A model generated the notes under the pieces. That model was not told the origin of the DNA. It did not search any database and was given only the letters and a program-made list of their open reading frames with translations. This document shows positions 12,216 to 27,856 of a DNA stretch of 64,000 bases, piece by piece. Source of the DNA: Octopus vulgaris (lineage: Eukaryota); NCBI GenBank assembly GCA_951406725.2, contig OX597826.1, forward strand, positions 27,652,001-27,716,000, in the 5' to 3' direction. Each line of letters begins with the position of its first letter. Position 1 is the first letter of the stretch. Made by a program: the position numbers and the translations under genes.

Positions 12216-12602
12216 TCTCATTTGAATACCGATAGAATATCGAACATATCGTGGTAATTATTATAATTTCAGGGTAAGGTTTTCAAGCGATTTTGTTTTC
12301 TTTGCACAATACAAATTGTGCAAATGTTTGGTGAAGTAAAGCATAAAACAAATAACAAGAAATTCAATTCCAAAATAGCGAAAACAATTTTCGAAATTGA
12401 TAAAAGAAAACAGCATGTATGCCTGTATGTGTGTCTTTGTGTCTGTATGCGGTCACCCATACATATGTGCAAAATCTAGAGACACACACACATATGTATA
12501 TATTAAAAATTGCTTTAAGATACATGGCCTATTCTATAAATACGTCTGTTCAAGTATCATAACAGCATGAAGCTATTAGTAGCTCTTTCGGTTGTGTATT
12601 TA

Positions 12603-12650
<48 letters not shown>

Positions 12651-12657
<7 letters not shown>

Positions 12658-12764
12658 ATCACGTGACCAACCAGACCATCAGATGTTGTTACACATCGCT
12701 GGTCACAATGCGTTCGCATTGTTTTAGCCTTCGAATGACGCCACCCCGCTGGCTAAGCGAGCAG

Positions 12765-12768
<4 letters not shown>
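12651..12768 (-). mobile_element. Short RTE-like LINE 3'-end element in (TA)n
   Basis: Near-identical reverse complement of 47134-47245; resembles the 3' end of the RTE remnant at 39085-39150. Confidence 0.55.
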
Positions 12769-12827
<59 letters not shown>

Positions 12828-13185
12828 GCACACACACATATATTCTTCCCTTCCACTTCTCCTTCTTCTACTTTTTCTTCCCTGCCAAGAATTCACAGCG
12901 ACCTCGAACCCACAAGAGTAAACAAGAGAGACAGAGACAGGCAGAAACAAAGAAAATGCCCCTTGTATTTGAAAACAATTCAAATATTCTTTTTAAAAAC
13001 TCTTCATATAATTTTTGCAAAATTTAATTATTTTCCATACTTAGAGTTGAAAAAGTGTCAATGAACGAAACCGGTACTGAAATTATTTTAGCATATTCTA
13101 TCTTGACTTTTTTCCTTATATATATGTAATATACATAATACATAAACACATACACACTCAGACATGTGATATGTGTATAATATAT

Positions 13186-13299
<114 letters not shown>

Positions 13300-13686
13300 T
13301 GCATGTGCTTGTACAAGAAGATGTATATACACAGACGCGAATTATAAATGAAATGGTATGCGTATTAAATTAGAAGTTACAAGCACACGTATATATTCAC
13401 ACACATATCCATATAAGTATCAGCTACATACACGCTCCAAGTGTAATTGCATAAAAGTGTTTGTATTGTATTTTTATTAGTGGAATATCGAAAACTTATC
13501 GATATACCTCCATCTTCATCATGATGATTTTCATCATCATCTTCACCGCAACTATCATCATCAATGTAAACTGAAAATTACTATGGCAATCACGAACAGC
13601 ATCGAAATCTTTGTTTCTGCTAGTTTAGAATGACACCTCAGAGGACATGTGTACATTTATTAGTTGCATGTATATATATCTATCTA

Positions 13687-13775
<89 letters not shown>

Positions 13776-14040
13776 CATACATATATATATATATACATAT
13801 ATATATATAGATATATATACACATATATATATGTACATATATATATATGTACATATATATATGTATATATATACATGTATATACATATATATATGTATAT
13901 ATATATACATATATATATATATACATATATATATGTATATATATATATTTATATGTATATATTTATATATATATAAATATATATATATATGCATACATAC
14001 ATACACACATACATATATACATACATACATATATATATAT

Positions 14041-14232
14041 TCTTTTAATAATTTCAATTTAGTTATTTGACTGCGGCCATGCTGGAGCACCGCCTTTAAT
14101 CGAGAAAATAGATCCCAGGACTTATTTCAGTTTCCGTCTGCCAAATCCATTCACAAGGCTTTGGTCGGTCCGAGGCTACAGTAAAAGGCACTTGCCCAAG
14201 TTGCCACAGCTACTTACCACACAGCCACTCCT
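14041..14232 (-). mobile_element. SINE family A with two internal deletions
   Basis: Tail (GGCCATGCTGGAGCACCGCC) joined directly to head segments (TTCAGTTTCCGTC..., CTACTTACCACACAGCCACTCCT). Confidence 0.8.
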
Positions 14233-14511
14233 AATATGTATATATGTAAACACACACACACACATATATATGTGTGTATATACATATATGCATATATGTC
14301 TACATATGTATATATGTATATATGTACATGTATGCGTGTGTGGGGGCTCGCGCACACTCACGCAGTCACATGTACACGCGCACACATGCACATACACATA
14401 TATTTATGTATATACATGTATGTATATATTTCTATGCACTGTGTGATTGTGAGTATCGATAATAAGCACAACAACAAAAGTAGTAGTAGTAGAAGTAGTA
14501 GTAGCAGCAGC

Positions 14512-14563
<52 letters not shown>

Positions 14564-14581
14564 TCATTATTATCATCATCA

Positions 14582-14955
14582 CGGACCCAATAGTTGTGAG
14601 CGGATTTGATAGGCGGAAACTGAAAAAGCCCACACTATATGCGGATACATATATATATATCTATATATATATCTACATACATACACACAAATATGTGTGT
14701 GTGTATGCGTGTGCATGCGTGAGTGTGTGCGTGTGTATATATCTATGCCTGTACTTGTCTTCGTGTTTGTCTCTCACCATTTCATAAGCAATTCTCGTTT
14801 AATAGGCAATGTCTGTTCATGTCCACGTAACTTAACGCCCGGGGCAACGAAGACCGATAAAATAAATACCAGGCTTTTAAAAAAATACGTCCTGGGCACT
14901 ACTCGTCTGGTGCACCAGCATGGCCGCAATGCAATGATTGAAGCAACTGAAACAT
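14582..14955 (+). mobile_element. SINE family A, diverged, 5'-truncated
   Basis: GTGAGCGGATTTGATAGGCGGAAACTGAAA...CGTAACTTAAC...CCAGCATGGCCGCA. Confidence 0.7.
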
Positions 14956-14974
14956 ATAGCTTGATGTAAGATTA

Positions 14975-15410
14975 ATGATCACCATCATCATTTCTATAGT
15001 CTCTATCATCATCATCACCATCATCATCATCATCTCCATCACTATATTCATCATCATCACCATCATCATAATCATCGCCCTTATGATGATGATCATCATC
15101 ATCTTCATCATCATCTCCGTCCTTCTCTTCCCTTCGTCATTACCTTCATCCTCGTCTGCCTCCTACTCCTCATGACCATCGCTGTCTTTGTTGTCAACGT
15201 CATCAACACCAGTACCATCAACATCTTCATCATCATCGTTGATAATCTATATTATCATCATCATCACCATCTTCAACATCTTCATCCCCATCACTCGTAC
15301 AATTATCACCACCATCACTGCCACAATTATCTTCATCATCAGCATCATCACCACCATCCTCAACACCATCATCAACATCGTCATTATCATCATCAACATC
15401 ATCATCGTCG

Positions 15411-15445
<35 letters not shown>

Positions 15446-15449
15446 GTCG

Positions 15450-15483
<34 letters not shown>

Positions 15484-15620
15484 TGTCGTCGTCGTCGTCG
15501 TCGTTGTCGTCGTCATCATTATCATCATCATCATCATCATCATCATTGCATCATCACCATCATTACTATCGTCATGTTGGTCACCATCACCATCACCATC
15601 ACCATCACCATCACCGTCGG
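14975..15620. repeat. Degenerate (CAT/CAC/CGT)n triplet tract
   Basis: Direct observation. Confidence 0.9.
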
Positions 15621-16401
15621 ATATATCATTATTCATTATTCATAGACTGAATGAGATCGATCTGCTTTCTACCAACACAATATCTACGTATATAAAAAAA
15701 ACAAAATAAAATCAAGTTTGCAGAGTCGAACAACATTTTTTCTTGTTAATTTTATTTGAGATTTATTTATTTTTGCTCGTTTCGCTGTTTGTGAGGAATT
15801 GAATAAGAATTAAATAGATGTAACTACATTTCGGAATTTGGTTGGGTGAGGGTGGGGGTGAGATTCCCATGTATTTACTCTTTTTATTATCTTTTTTTTT
15901 TTGTTTTCCAGTTCCACAAGGATCATCTATGGCAATGCATTTAACTGGACCGCTTTTCGACAAATGTCTAATTGAATTCCATATTAGTTAGAGTTTGGCG
16001 GGAAAGCGAATGAGAATGGCCGTCATTTTTTTTCTCTCTCCCAAATGAATAATAATACATACGTAAATATCCATCCATATACGCATATATACATGTGTAC
16101 ATGCACATACACACAAACAAACACATACACACACTCACTCGTACACACACATACACCACACAAACGCGGCCGAACGTACACACACACACTCACAAATATA
16201 CACTCTCACACACACATATATATATATATATACATCTATTCATTACACCATATATGAATGCATACAATTATGTATTTCCCTATGCGCACACATGTACATA
16301 TGTAAATAAAATTATGCCTATATGTATTACGGCATATTTCTATAAAAGTATATGTATAGTGAGTGTATATACTTAATTATAATATTAAAGTAAATGCACA
16401 C

Positions 16402-16434
<33 letters not shown>

Positions 16435-16974
16435 CATATACACTTGCATATATACGTATATATATACATACATATATCTATATGTATATATATACATATA
16501 TATATGTATCTATGTATATATATGTACGTATATATTTATAAGTATATATATATATATATACATTATTATGTAAATATATATATACACAAATATATACATA
16601 CATGCATATATATATGTATACGTATACATATATATATGTATACGTGTACATATATATATATGTATATATATATATACATACAAATAACTTTTACGTCAAA
16701 GTAAACAACGGCATAATAACAATAACAACAACAACAACAACAATAATAATAATAATAATAATAATTAAGCATAGATACGAGTTCCCACCCCTTTCATATC
16801 TACACACACACAGAGGGTCGCCCCCCCTCCCAACATTACATTAATGCGCGTTTCTTTTTAATATTTTCTTTATTCCTCATTTTGTTTATTCCAAATATAT
16901 ACATGTGTTCCCTTTTCTATTTTTCTGTTTCCCGGCTTTTCACCTACCCCACCACATTTATTTATTCATTTATT

Positions 16975-16981
16975 GCTATTA

Positions 16982-17045
<64 letters not shown>

Positions 17046-17069
17046 TACTACAACTATTATTATTATTAA

Positions 17070-17165
<96 letters not shown>

Positions 17166-17400
17166 CGGTAGTAGTGTCAGCGGCAGCAGCAGCAGTAGTA
17201 ATAGTGGTAGTATTTTTCTTATTTTATCATCATCTTCATCATCATCATTATCCATATTATCATTGTTATTCTTATTAATATCATTATTAGTATTATTATC
17301 ATTAACATTATAGCTATAATTAGTATTGTTACTCTCCTTATTATGAGCGTTATCAATATTGTTAGCATCATCATCTTCATCACCATCATCAATTACGCTA

Positions 17401-17441
<41 letters not shown>

Positions 17442-17690
17442 GCTTCCATAATTCTTCTTCTTCTTCTTCTTCTTCTTCTTCTTCTTCTTCTTCTTCTTCT
17501 TCTTCTTCTTCTTCTTCCTCCTCTTCTTCTTCTTCTTCTTCTTCTTCTGCCCCTCCTTCCACTCCTTCTCCCCTTTCCTCTTCTCATCATTATTATTATC
17601 ATTATCTTTATCATTATTATTATTATTATTATTGTCAGTGTTATTGTTTTCGATGTTTTCGTTGTTGCTGTTGTTGTTGTTGTGGTTTTG
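16975..17690. repeat. (ATT)n/(AGT)n/(CTT)n compound triplet tract
   Basis: Direct observation. Confidence 0.9.
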
Positions 17691-18197
17691 GTCACAGTGG
17701 TTCATATTCTATGTACATAAATGCGTATTATAAATTAATGCTATCAAGACCGCTATTCGGAGAACGTAATGTTTATGGTATGAAGAATGCGCGATTCTCT
17801 ATTGAGATCATAATTGTATTTTTTTCCTATTGTCTTGTCTCGTTTTTTGCTTCCTCCAGTCTTGTTATTCTTTCTTTAACTTTTGTCAATAATATTCTAT
17901 ATATATTGTTATTCCTATGTTTTATTAATTTTACATATTTGTTTTGAATCTATATTTATTTATAGCGTTTCGTTTTTCGTTCTCTTTTTTCTTTTTCGTT
18001 TAAACAATATTAACAGCGTTGCTTCATTTATTGTTTATCTTATTGATATTGCATTACATTGGTTGGATTTTTTCATAATTACATTATTATTATTATTGTT
18101 ATTATTATTACTAGTTTGTTAGGAAATGTTGTTATTATAATTAATATTGATATTATTATCATTAATATTGATATTATTATCATTAATATTGTCATTA

Positions 18198-18930
18198 AGG
18201 CGGCGAGCTGGCAGAATCGTTAGCACGTCGGGCGAATTACTTAGCGGTATGTCGTCTGCAGCTACGTTCTGAGTTCAAATGCCGCCGAGGTCGACTTTAC
18301 CTTTCATCCTTCGAGACCGAAAAATTAAGTACTATTGGAGTACTCGAGTCGATGTGATCGACTATCCACCTCCTCACAAAATGCAGGCTTTGTGCCTATA
18401 CTAGAAAAGAATATTATTATTGTTATGATTAAGGCGGCGAAGTCGACTTTGCCTTTCTTTCTTTCGGGGTCGATTAAATAAATACCAGTTGCTCACTGGG
18501 CTCGATATAATCGACTTCATCCCTCTTCCCCAAATTGGAGGTCCTGTGCGTCCAATAGAAAGGATTATTATTATTAAGGGGGTGAGTCGGCAGAAACGTT
18601 AGCACGCCGGACGAAATGCGTAGCCGTATTTCGTCTGCCGCTACGTTCTGAGTTCAAATTCCGCCGAGGTCGACTTTGCCTTTCATCCTTTCGGGGTCGA
18701 TAAATTATTTCTAGTTACGCACTGGGGTCGATGTAATCGACTTAATCTGTTTTATCTGTCCTTGTTTGTCCACTCTATGTTTAGCCCCTTGTAGGTAGTA
18801 AAGAAATAGGTATTTCCTGTGCTGCAAGGTTCTGAGTTTAAATTCCGCCGAGGTCGATTTTGCTTTTCTAAATAAGTACCTGTTACGCACTGCGGTATTT
18901 CGTTTACCGTTACGTTCTGAGTTCAAAACA
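18198..18930 (+). mobile_element. Head-to-tail cluster of at least 4 family B SINE copies or fragments
   Basis: Heads at ~18198, 18432 (deleted) and 18578, fragments to ~18930; separated by ATT-rich tails. Confidence 0.85.
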
Positions 18931-20032
18931 CCAAGGTTAGATTAAGAGCGAGATTGTTGGATATTTCCCTTAGTCTCTGTTTTCTCTGTTGAGAAACCGG
19001 CTGATGTATTTGCTGAAATTTGCGTCACCTATGATTCTTGTGAGAGTATGTGTCTATTGGACGGATACTTCTATATACCGCCATATTTCAGTCTCGTTGT
19101 GTGTCTCTTTAGTCGTCGAAGCTACCCACGGCCGAAACAATAAACTCCAAAAGAGTACAAGCTCTGGTTTTTAGGAATTAGAAAGTATATTTGCTGATAC
19201 GTTCAGATGACGGCCAAATAAATAATAATCCATGTGGGGCACACAGAATAGCGAAATAATAACGCATCTATTCATTCTCAGTATTTTACGATGTGGTAGA
19301 ATCAAAGCCGAATATCTGATCGTTGTTGCTTTTCGCCACCGGAAGACGCCTTCTTCCGTTTAACCGATGTTTGTTTATAATACATGGCCAATATTTGTTT
19401 ATAATACAAACGGGACTTTGATACATCGCATTTGATACATTTTTACCTTGTCTGTTAAAGTTACCAGTTATCCCAACTGGAGCAATGAATCCACCAAAAG
19501 TACTTGTTCTAATTTATAGGAATTTATAAATTATTTACTGATCCATTCAGATGACTACCAAAGAGGTAATAATTTGTGGGGTGCAAACAGAATAGCGAGG
19601 ATCCAGTCAATGACGTATCGATTCATTCTTAATACGTCCTGACAGATTCGAACGTGAATATCTAATCGTTGTTGTTTTTCAACTCCGGAGAACGACTCCT
19701 CTCTTGAGGCGTTCAACTGATAAGACACACAAGGAGGTCGACACTGCAGCAACCCACGGATGTTATGAACAAACATCACCGATTGGAAATCAAGCGATTA
19801 GATATCCATTTTCTAATCTGCCTGAACGTGTAAAGATTAAATAGAGACGTTATCATTTTATTAAATTCTTCATTATTTGAAGAATTAATCGAAGTAAAAA
19901 CAAAATATATTTCAAAAGAAATATGACAAGAAAAGAATCCAGAGATAAGAATGTCATGTGAGGTAGATCTGGCTGTTATACTTAGCATATCTAGCAGCCA
20001 CATATAGGACTGCTCGTTGATTTGTACAGATA

Positions 20033-20136
20033 GGCGCAGAAGTGGCTGTATTGTAAGAGGGTTGCTTCCCGACCACATGGTTCTTCGTTCAGTCCCACTG
20101 CATGACACGTTGGGAACTGAAAGAAGCCCGTCGTGT

Positions 20137-20173
<37 letters not shown>

Positions 20174-20465
20174 CATAAAAAAATATATATGTGTGTATAT
20201 CTGTGTGTGTGTGTGTGTGCATTATATAAGTATGTATATATGCATTTGTATATGTGTTTGTCCCCACAACATCACTTGACAAGCGGTGTTGTGTTGTGTT
20301 TACGCCACCGTTATCTAGCGCTTCGGCAAAAGAGACCGATAGAATAAGCGGTAGGCTAACAAAGACTAAGTCCTGGGGTCGATTTGTTCGACTAAAAAGC
20401 GGTGCTCCAGCATGGCCGCAGTCTAATAACTGAAACAAGCAAAAGACTAAAAGACTAAAAGAATA
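20033..20465 (+). mobile_element. SINE family A, near full length with an internal deletion and internal TA/TG microsatellite
   Basis: GGCGCAGAAGTGGCTG...GTTCAGTCCCACTGC...GGTGCTCCAGCATGGCCGCAG...TGAAACAAG, AAAAGACT tail. Confidence 0.85.
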
Positions 20466-21009
20466 TAAAAATTATGAGAATGTGTTGGCGTTTGTCTGAA
20501 AGAAGAAGCAAGAAAGATTAGCAGCGAGTGAGAGACAACACGTACGTGTGCGGCGAATGTGTTAGTAGATATACATAGATATAAATATATAATTATATTG
20601 AATCAATATAAATCCTATTAAGGTGTATATAATTATTTTATTATATAATTATTATATTATTTTATTGTTGTAATTTAATTGAGTTCACCTAATTGCTTAT
20701 TGCTGTTGTTAATTTTCCTCTCGTTCTCTCCGAAATGATGATTAAACCAATTTTTGTAATAATTGCTTACAACGACAACTAAGTCGATTTGCATTTCAAC
20801 GGAAAACACAGACACACAGCACAACACATGCAAAGCACACAACGGGCACGCACGCAGACACACAGACACACACACACACATACACACACATCTACAAATA
20901 TATTTGTTTTGGTTTATACACACACATAATATGTGTGTGTGTAAGTTTATATATATATCTATTTGTATGCATATATTTTTATGTACGTATATATATATAT
21001 ACACACGTG

Positions 21010-21049
<40 letters not shown>

Positions 21050-21086
21050 TAAAAAACTTACTGGGAGAACAGAAAGGAAACAAGGA

Positions 21087-21144
<58 letters not shown>

Positions 21145-21207
21145 TTGTACAAATATCTGCGCATATGTTTTTATGAACATACGTATATTCGTGTAAAAGT
21201 ATATGTA

Positions 21208-21247
<40 letters not shown>

Positions 21248-21536
21248 GTATGTATGTATCTATTTATCTATATATGTATCTATGTATGTATGTCTAAGCA
21301 CACACATAGATGCGGCTGGCAAAACGGAAAGTCAAGAAGCTATAAATGTGTAATGAATTAATAAATAATAACTTACATCATCAACTTACTATTATATGTG
21401 ACCATTATTTACTTGGTGTCAAAGCAACTGCATACGTATGTTCGAATGTATGTGTCCATCTCTGTATGTATGTATACGTACGAACATATATGTATATATA
21501 TATATATATATCTACACTCACACACATATATATAAC

Positions 21537-21574
<38 letters not shown>

Positions 21575-22336
21575 GTTATATATATATATGTATACAAATA
21601 TGCATTTATATTCATATCGTTCGTTTAAATATTTATGGTAAGGAAATATTGTGATCTGCTCAGGGGAAGAAAAAAAAGGCGACGACTTTGAAGTAAGACC
21701 ATAAACTCGTTATTCCTTCCGCACTCTCAGGCGATAGCAATCGTAATTATTGAAAATGAGGATATTCTTCATTGCAAAAGGTTTTGTCACTCTTCTTACT
21801 GAGAAACAGAGCTCCGGGATATATTCCTTATGCGAATATATAATCTTCGTCTTTAGATTGAACTTTATGTGAGTATATATGTATGAATGGGCGGACGGAT
21901 TGATCAATGGATTAATGTTTATATGTATATGTGTGTATGCATGAATGTATGTTCGATACATATATATATATGTAAATGCGTGTTTGTATATAAATGTGTA
22001 TAGATATATACATACGCATATACATACACATATACATACACATACACGCACGCACGCACGCACACAAACACAAACACACATGTACATATAGAGTTGTATA
22101 TGTCTGCATTTATATATATGCTACTATATATACTCATATCTATAGAGGTATGTTATATAATTCACGTATGTTTACGCATACATATGCATGCATACATGCG
22201 TACACACGCACACACACTCGAACACAGACACACACACGAACACAAACACATATATATATATTGTGATGTTTTTTCAGCTTTAAAAACAAAGTATATATGT
22301 ATATATATACACGTATCTAAATATATATATATACAT

Positions 22337-22383
<47 letters not shown>

Positions 22384-22388
22384 CATAT

Positions 22389-22650
22389 TGAATGCGCGTG
22401 GCTTACTCGTTAGTATGTAGCACTCACGAACGATGGATAATGGCTTCAGTTCTGGGACCAGTGGTGTGTTCTGTTCTTGAGCAAACGGCTTCATTACGCG
22501 TTGCTCTGCGATCACTTCGACACCTGACGCCTGGTAGATTGTGCACCTGTTCAAGCAACATCGATTTGATGGAAAGCACATACACTTACTCACTATAAAC
22601 CAATCATTTGTGTCGGTCGTTCAGTAAAAACTGAACACTCATACGTCGTT
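22389..22650 (+). mobile_element. tRNA-derived CORE-type SINE, diverged subfamily
   Basis: GCGCGTGGCTTACTCGTTAG head and TTCTTGAGCAAAC core, similar to 9029 and 47697. Confidence 0.55.
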
Positions 22651-23186
22651 TCTGAGGTTTTGATCTTCAGTTTTTCGACACAACTTGGATATTGAAAATT
22701 ATGGTCTCCGATATGCAGTAATTGATGATTGCCTTGAGCAGAAGGTATTTAAGGAACCCTCTTCTAAATCAACAAGAATAATAACAGGACCATATTCGAA
22801 TAAATTAGGAGCTTTTCTTCCAAATCAGCTTCATTATGCCTCTATATCGGGGGCCACACAACCTAATCGGCGCAATTTATTTGCCTTCTCCAGCGATGTT
22901 CTAAATTAACCAATTTACTAATCATTCCTCTGCACTGTTCCTCCAACTGAAATTTTCGAACCGTTCTCAGTGTTACTTATATTTATTTTCCAGGACAGAA
23001 GCAGATTTCCAACATCAGCTGCATGTATGTATAGACTGTTTATATGCATATATACATAGATACACAAACACACACACACAGACGTATATATATAATATAA
23101 TAAATAATATATGTTTGTATGTGTATGTGTACATATATGTCCACGATATAACTGATATATATATATACATATATACATACATACAT

Positions 23187-23247
<61 letters not shown>

Positions 23248-23990
23248 CATTTAATATTAGAAATACGTGTAATTTTCTTTAAATTTAAATTTACTTCGTG
23301 AGGCGTGAAATTTTATTCGTCGCACTACTCTAATTTTTTCGTCCACTGCAGCAGCCTTATAGTCAATATTTACCAGGTCACACATCCAGACGGTTTTCCG
23401 CGTTATTGTTTCGATTTTTTTTATGCCATAAATTCGAACACACTGAATCTATGCGAATACTAGACACGCATTTCTACATCCAAATAAAGTAAAATAATTT
23501 AAACCCGAGATCTATAAAAATTAGTTATCTTCATAGTTCTAAGAAGTTGCAATAGAAGTTTATCAATGACTTGTTCTTAGATGCGCAATGGGAATTTCTA
23601 CAATTTATGAAACATAACTTATTTTGACGTAACTTTAACAGATGTGTGTTTGTATATGTGTGTGTGTTGAATTTAATGTCTCTTCCACACTTATTTTCAG
23701 TGCATCAATTCACTAATAAAGCAAATGAAATAATATGCCATGAATAAGATTATATAAACGAATAGGGTTATTTATATTCAGAAGAATACTTGGCGGAATA
23801 TCATCTGATGAAATGGTATGGCTGCCTAACAATGCGAATTTACGTAATGTTACTTAATATGTTATAGACGTGACTTCTATCCGAATAAATCACGCTAATG
23901 AAACGCAGGTAGTGATATTTTGAATTATCTTTGAAATATCCTTTTAGCATTGCTTAGTATTGTTCTCTGTTTCTGTTTAATATAACTATT

Positions 23991-24062
<72 letters not shown>

Positions 24063-24096
24063 GATTATATCTTTCTCTCTTTCTCTCTCTCTCTAG

Positions 24097-24154
<58 letters not shown>

Positions 24155-24185
24155 AAGATTATAATCTAGAGAGAGATATGTATGC

Positions 24186-24311
24186 ATATATAAAAAAATT
24201 AACAGAATGAGATAAAAATCCAAGGCTGTGAAAGATTTCAAAGGTTTATGAATGTTCTGAAATCTTTCACAGCCTTGGATTTTAATCTCATTCTGTAAAA
24301 TTTTTTATATA
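24186..24311. repeat. Fold-back inverted repeat (~54-bp arms, 17-nt loop)
   Basis: ACAGAATGAGATAAAAATCCAAGGCTGTGAAAGATTTCA pairs with TGAAATCTTTCACAGCCTTGGATTTTAATCTCATTCTGT. Confidence 0.9.
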
Positions 24312-24557
24312 TACACATGCTGATATATGAGCTGTTTTGGACTCCTCATCCATATTATCGCTGAACCTGGGGCTTAACTATAGTCCGTAATTCTCCATCA
24401 GTTATCGAGCATCGGTCATCAACTTCATCAATTCGTTTCCTGTTCGTTTTCACGTTCAGCCTACTTTAATTCGTCTATTTAGACATTTTTTTCATTTATC
24501 AAGTAATGGAATGAAACATACACCGAATTTTTAAATGTATGTATACACACATACACG

Positions 24558-24600
<43 letters not shown>

Positions 24601-24719
24601 ACACACACAGACACACACACACACACACACACACACCACACATACACATATGTATATGTATATATATATAGGGAAATAGATAGATAGATATTTAGATGGA
24701 TAGATAGATAGATAGATAT

Positions 24720-24796
<77 letters not shown>

Positions 24797-24805
24797 CAGA
24801 TAGAC

Positions 24806-24886
<81 letters not shown>

Positions 24887-25458
24887 GAGGTAAGTTGGAA
24901 TATCTGACGAAGATGTGTTCTTCGCCCGTGAAACTTTAAGTAACGTGGAACAAGTTTAAATTGTTGGTATTAAATGTACATAAGTCCAATTAATTGTGCA
25001 GTGTGTTACATTCTGATGCTTGCACATAAAAACTCAAACTCACACACACACACGCACGCACGCACATACATATATACACATACATACATGCATACATCTC
25101 TGTCTCTCTCGCTTGCTCTTCGTATATAAATATATGTTTTTATGTATGTATGTAACTGTATTTGTATGTACGTATGTATGTTTGTACGTATGTTTGTATG
25201 TATGTATATAAACATGTTCATGCACAGAAAGGCCATCAAAGAATTGCTTTTAAACCTACAAGCGAAAAGAGTCTGAGAAACAATTTAGATTTCCGGTTTT
25301 AGCGATTTCGGTTAATTAAACGAATGACTGTGATAAAGGCCTTATCATGAAGTCTCAGTTTATTTCTCCAAGCTGTATCATTCATTTCTGTCTGTCTTTC
25401 TTTCCTCATTCTTTCTCTACCTCTTCACGTCTCCCTATAACATATGTAATATACAATC

Positions 25459-25550
<92 letters not shown>

Positions 25551-25829
25551 TCAGATGCATTATACATATATGTATATTTACATATATACTATACACATAT
25601 GTATATAGTATATGTATATATACACACACAAATATATATATATACGTATTATGTAAATATATATGTGTATGTATGTGTGTATGCATTTATGTGTGTATCT
25701 ATGTATCTATGTATCTATGTATGCATACGTATTTATCTATAATTTGTATTATACTCTACAGTATTTGTAAGTAACCAGATATATACATACATCATTTACT
25801 TACAGATATATACATTAATGTTCCACAAA

Positions 25830-25877
25830 TCGATACGGTTTCAAGGGTTTCGATGCAACTACGTCGTCATCAGCGAG
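25830..25877 (-). ncRNA. Minimal type I hammerhead motif with intact core (PLE remnant)
   Basis: Minus strand TCG-CTGATGA-C-GACG(TAGTTG)CATC-GAAAC-CCTTGAAACC-GTA-TCGA. Confidence 0.5.
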
Positions 25878-26195
25878 GAAAAGAGATTTATATAGAACTG
25901 TTAATGTATATTCTTTATACTACTTATACAGAGAAAATCTGAAACATGAAAAACACTTGTTTTATAATTATGCGTGTGTGCGCATGTTCGAGTGTACATG
26001 TGTGTGTATGTAGATATATACATGCACATATATATGTACATGTACAAATATATATATATATATATGTGTATGTGTGTGTGTGTGTGTGTGTATGTGTGTG
26101 TATACACACATACACATATATAAAGTGAGAAAGAAATACGCGTAAGGAAATATTGGTGACGCCTTATTCAACTCAACTAGTGATCTATCTATCTG

Positions 26196-26234
<39 letters not shown>

Positions 26235-26255
26235 GTCTGTCTGTCTATCTGTCTG

Positions 26256-26334
<79 letters not shown>

Positions 26335-27338
26335 GCATGCACATACATATGTTTATACATATATATTTATAAATGATAAAGAGAGAGATATTTATAATTA
26401 TATATATACACACGGATATACACGCTATTCCTATGTATATCATACATCTGTATATTTCAGCGTGTATCTAAGTGTGTGTGAATGTGTGCGGGTGAGTGCA
26501 TGTGTATATAACATAAGTGTGTATATTCATGCACGTACTTTTGCATCTACGCGTAGATATATCTTACCATCGATCCCTGCAACGAAATCTAATTGACGAG
26601 AACAACACCAACAAAAACAACAGCAACAAACCCTATCTCAAGAGTTTTATTATAAACAAAACGTGAAGGTCAGTTATATTTCGTTAGAACAGATCTAGTT
26701 TGCTGGTCCTCCAGTGGAATCAAACTAGACGTACAAGAGTGAAAAATTGCCATTATTGGTGCCTTTGCTGACGAATAATGGCGTCATAGAAAGAATTTTA
26801 TGATTCTTCGATGCTTTATCTCTTGCAACATACTGTAAAGTTTTTAGGAAATTTCCCTAAGATACGCTTCAGCTGATATAGGCGAAAAATCTGTGTGGCT
26901 CCATGATGTTCTTCTCTCTTTTCAGTGCCAGAGCAAGCCGTGCGTATAAAAGAACTGTAATTATGTATTGTGAAAAATCCACATTTTTCGGAGATCCGTA
27001 TTCAGCGTGGCAAAACAAAGCAGAATGCGTGCCATAAATTAATGTTATTCCAACGTGGATGTTGTAATGTTTCTAAGTACAAATAGCCATTCTGCCATGT
27101 TTATATTTCCAAATAAATATACACAAAGCTCTCTTTATGCACACACACACACACACACACACAACACACATACGCACACACACACACGTGTATGTATATA
27201 CATACATATGCATACCCATAAATCTAGACGCAAACAGAAACACACACATACATATTCGGACACTCAGACACACATACACTATATATGCACATACGCAAGC
27301 GCCAAGTCATGGACAACCTTATGCATATAATCTATTTC

Positions 27339-27405
<67 letters not shown>

Positions 27406-27596
27406 TTCATATATATATTGCCTACCTATCAATCTATCTGTCTATTTATTTATCTATCTGTATATACGTGTGTGCGTGATTGTGTGTGCGTTTCTATACA
27501 TATATGGGAAAGAAACATATACATCCATACATACATACATATATACAAATATAACATATGTTTACATATGTGCATATGGAAATGTGTCTTGTTTGC

Positions 27597-27650
<54 letters not shown>

Positions 27651-27824
27651 CATATATATATAAAGAGAGAGAGATAGAGAGATAGATGGATAGAAAGATA
27701 GATAGATAGATATAGACTTTATTACATGAATATGTGTGTGCGTGTATATAAGTATATATATATATGTATGTATAATATATATATATGTATTTATGTGTAT
27801 ATATAATATATATATATGTATTTA

Positions 27825-27856
<32 letters not shown>

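Noticed and set aside
15172-15709. Poly-His / poly-Ile ORFs
   Set aside because: Degenerate (CAT)n tract open in several frames, with no splice or domain evidence.
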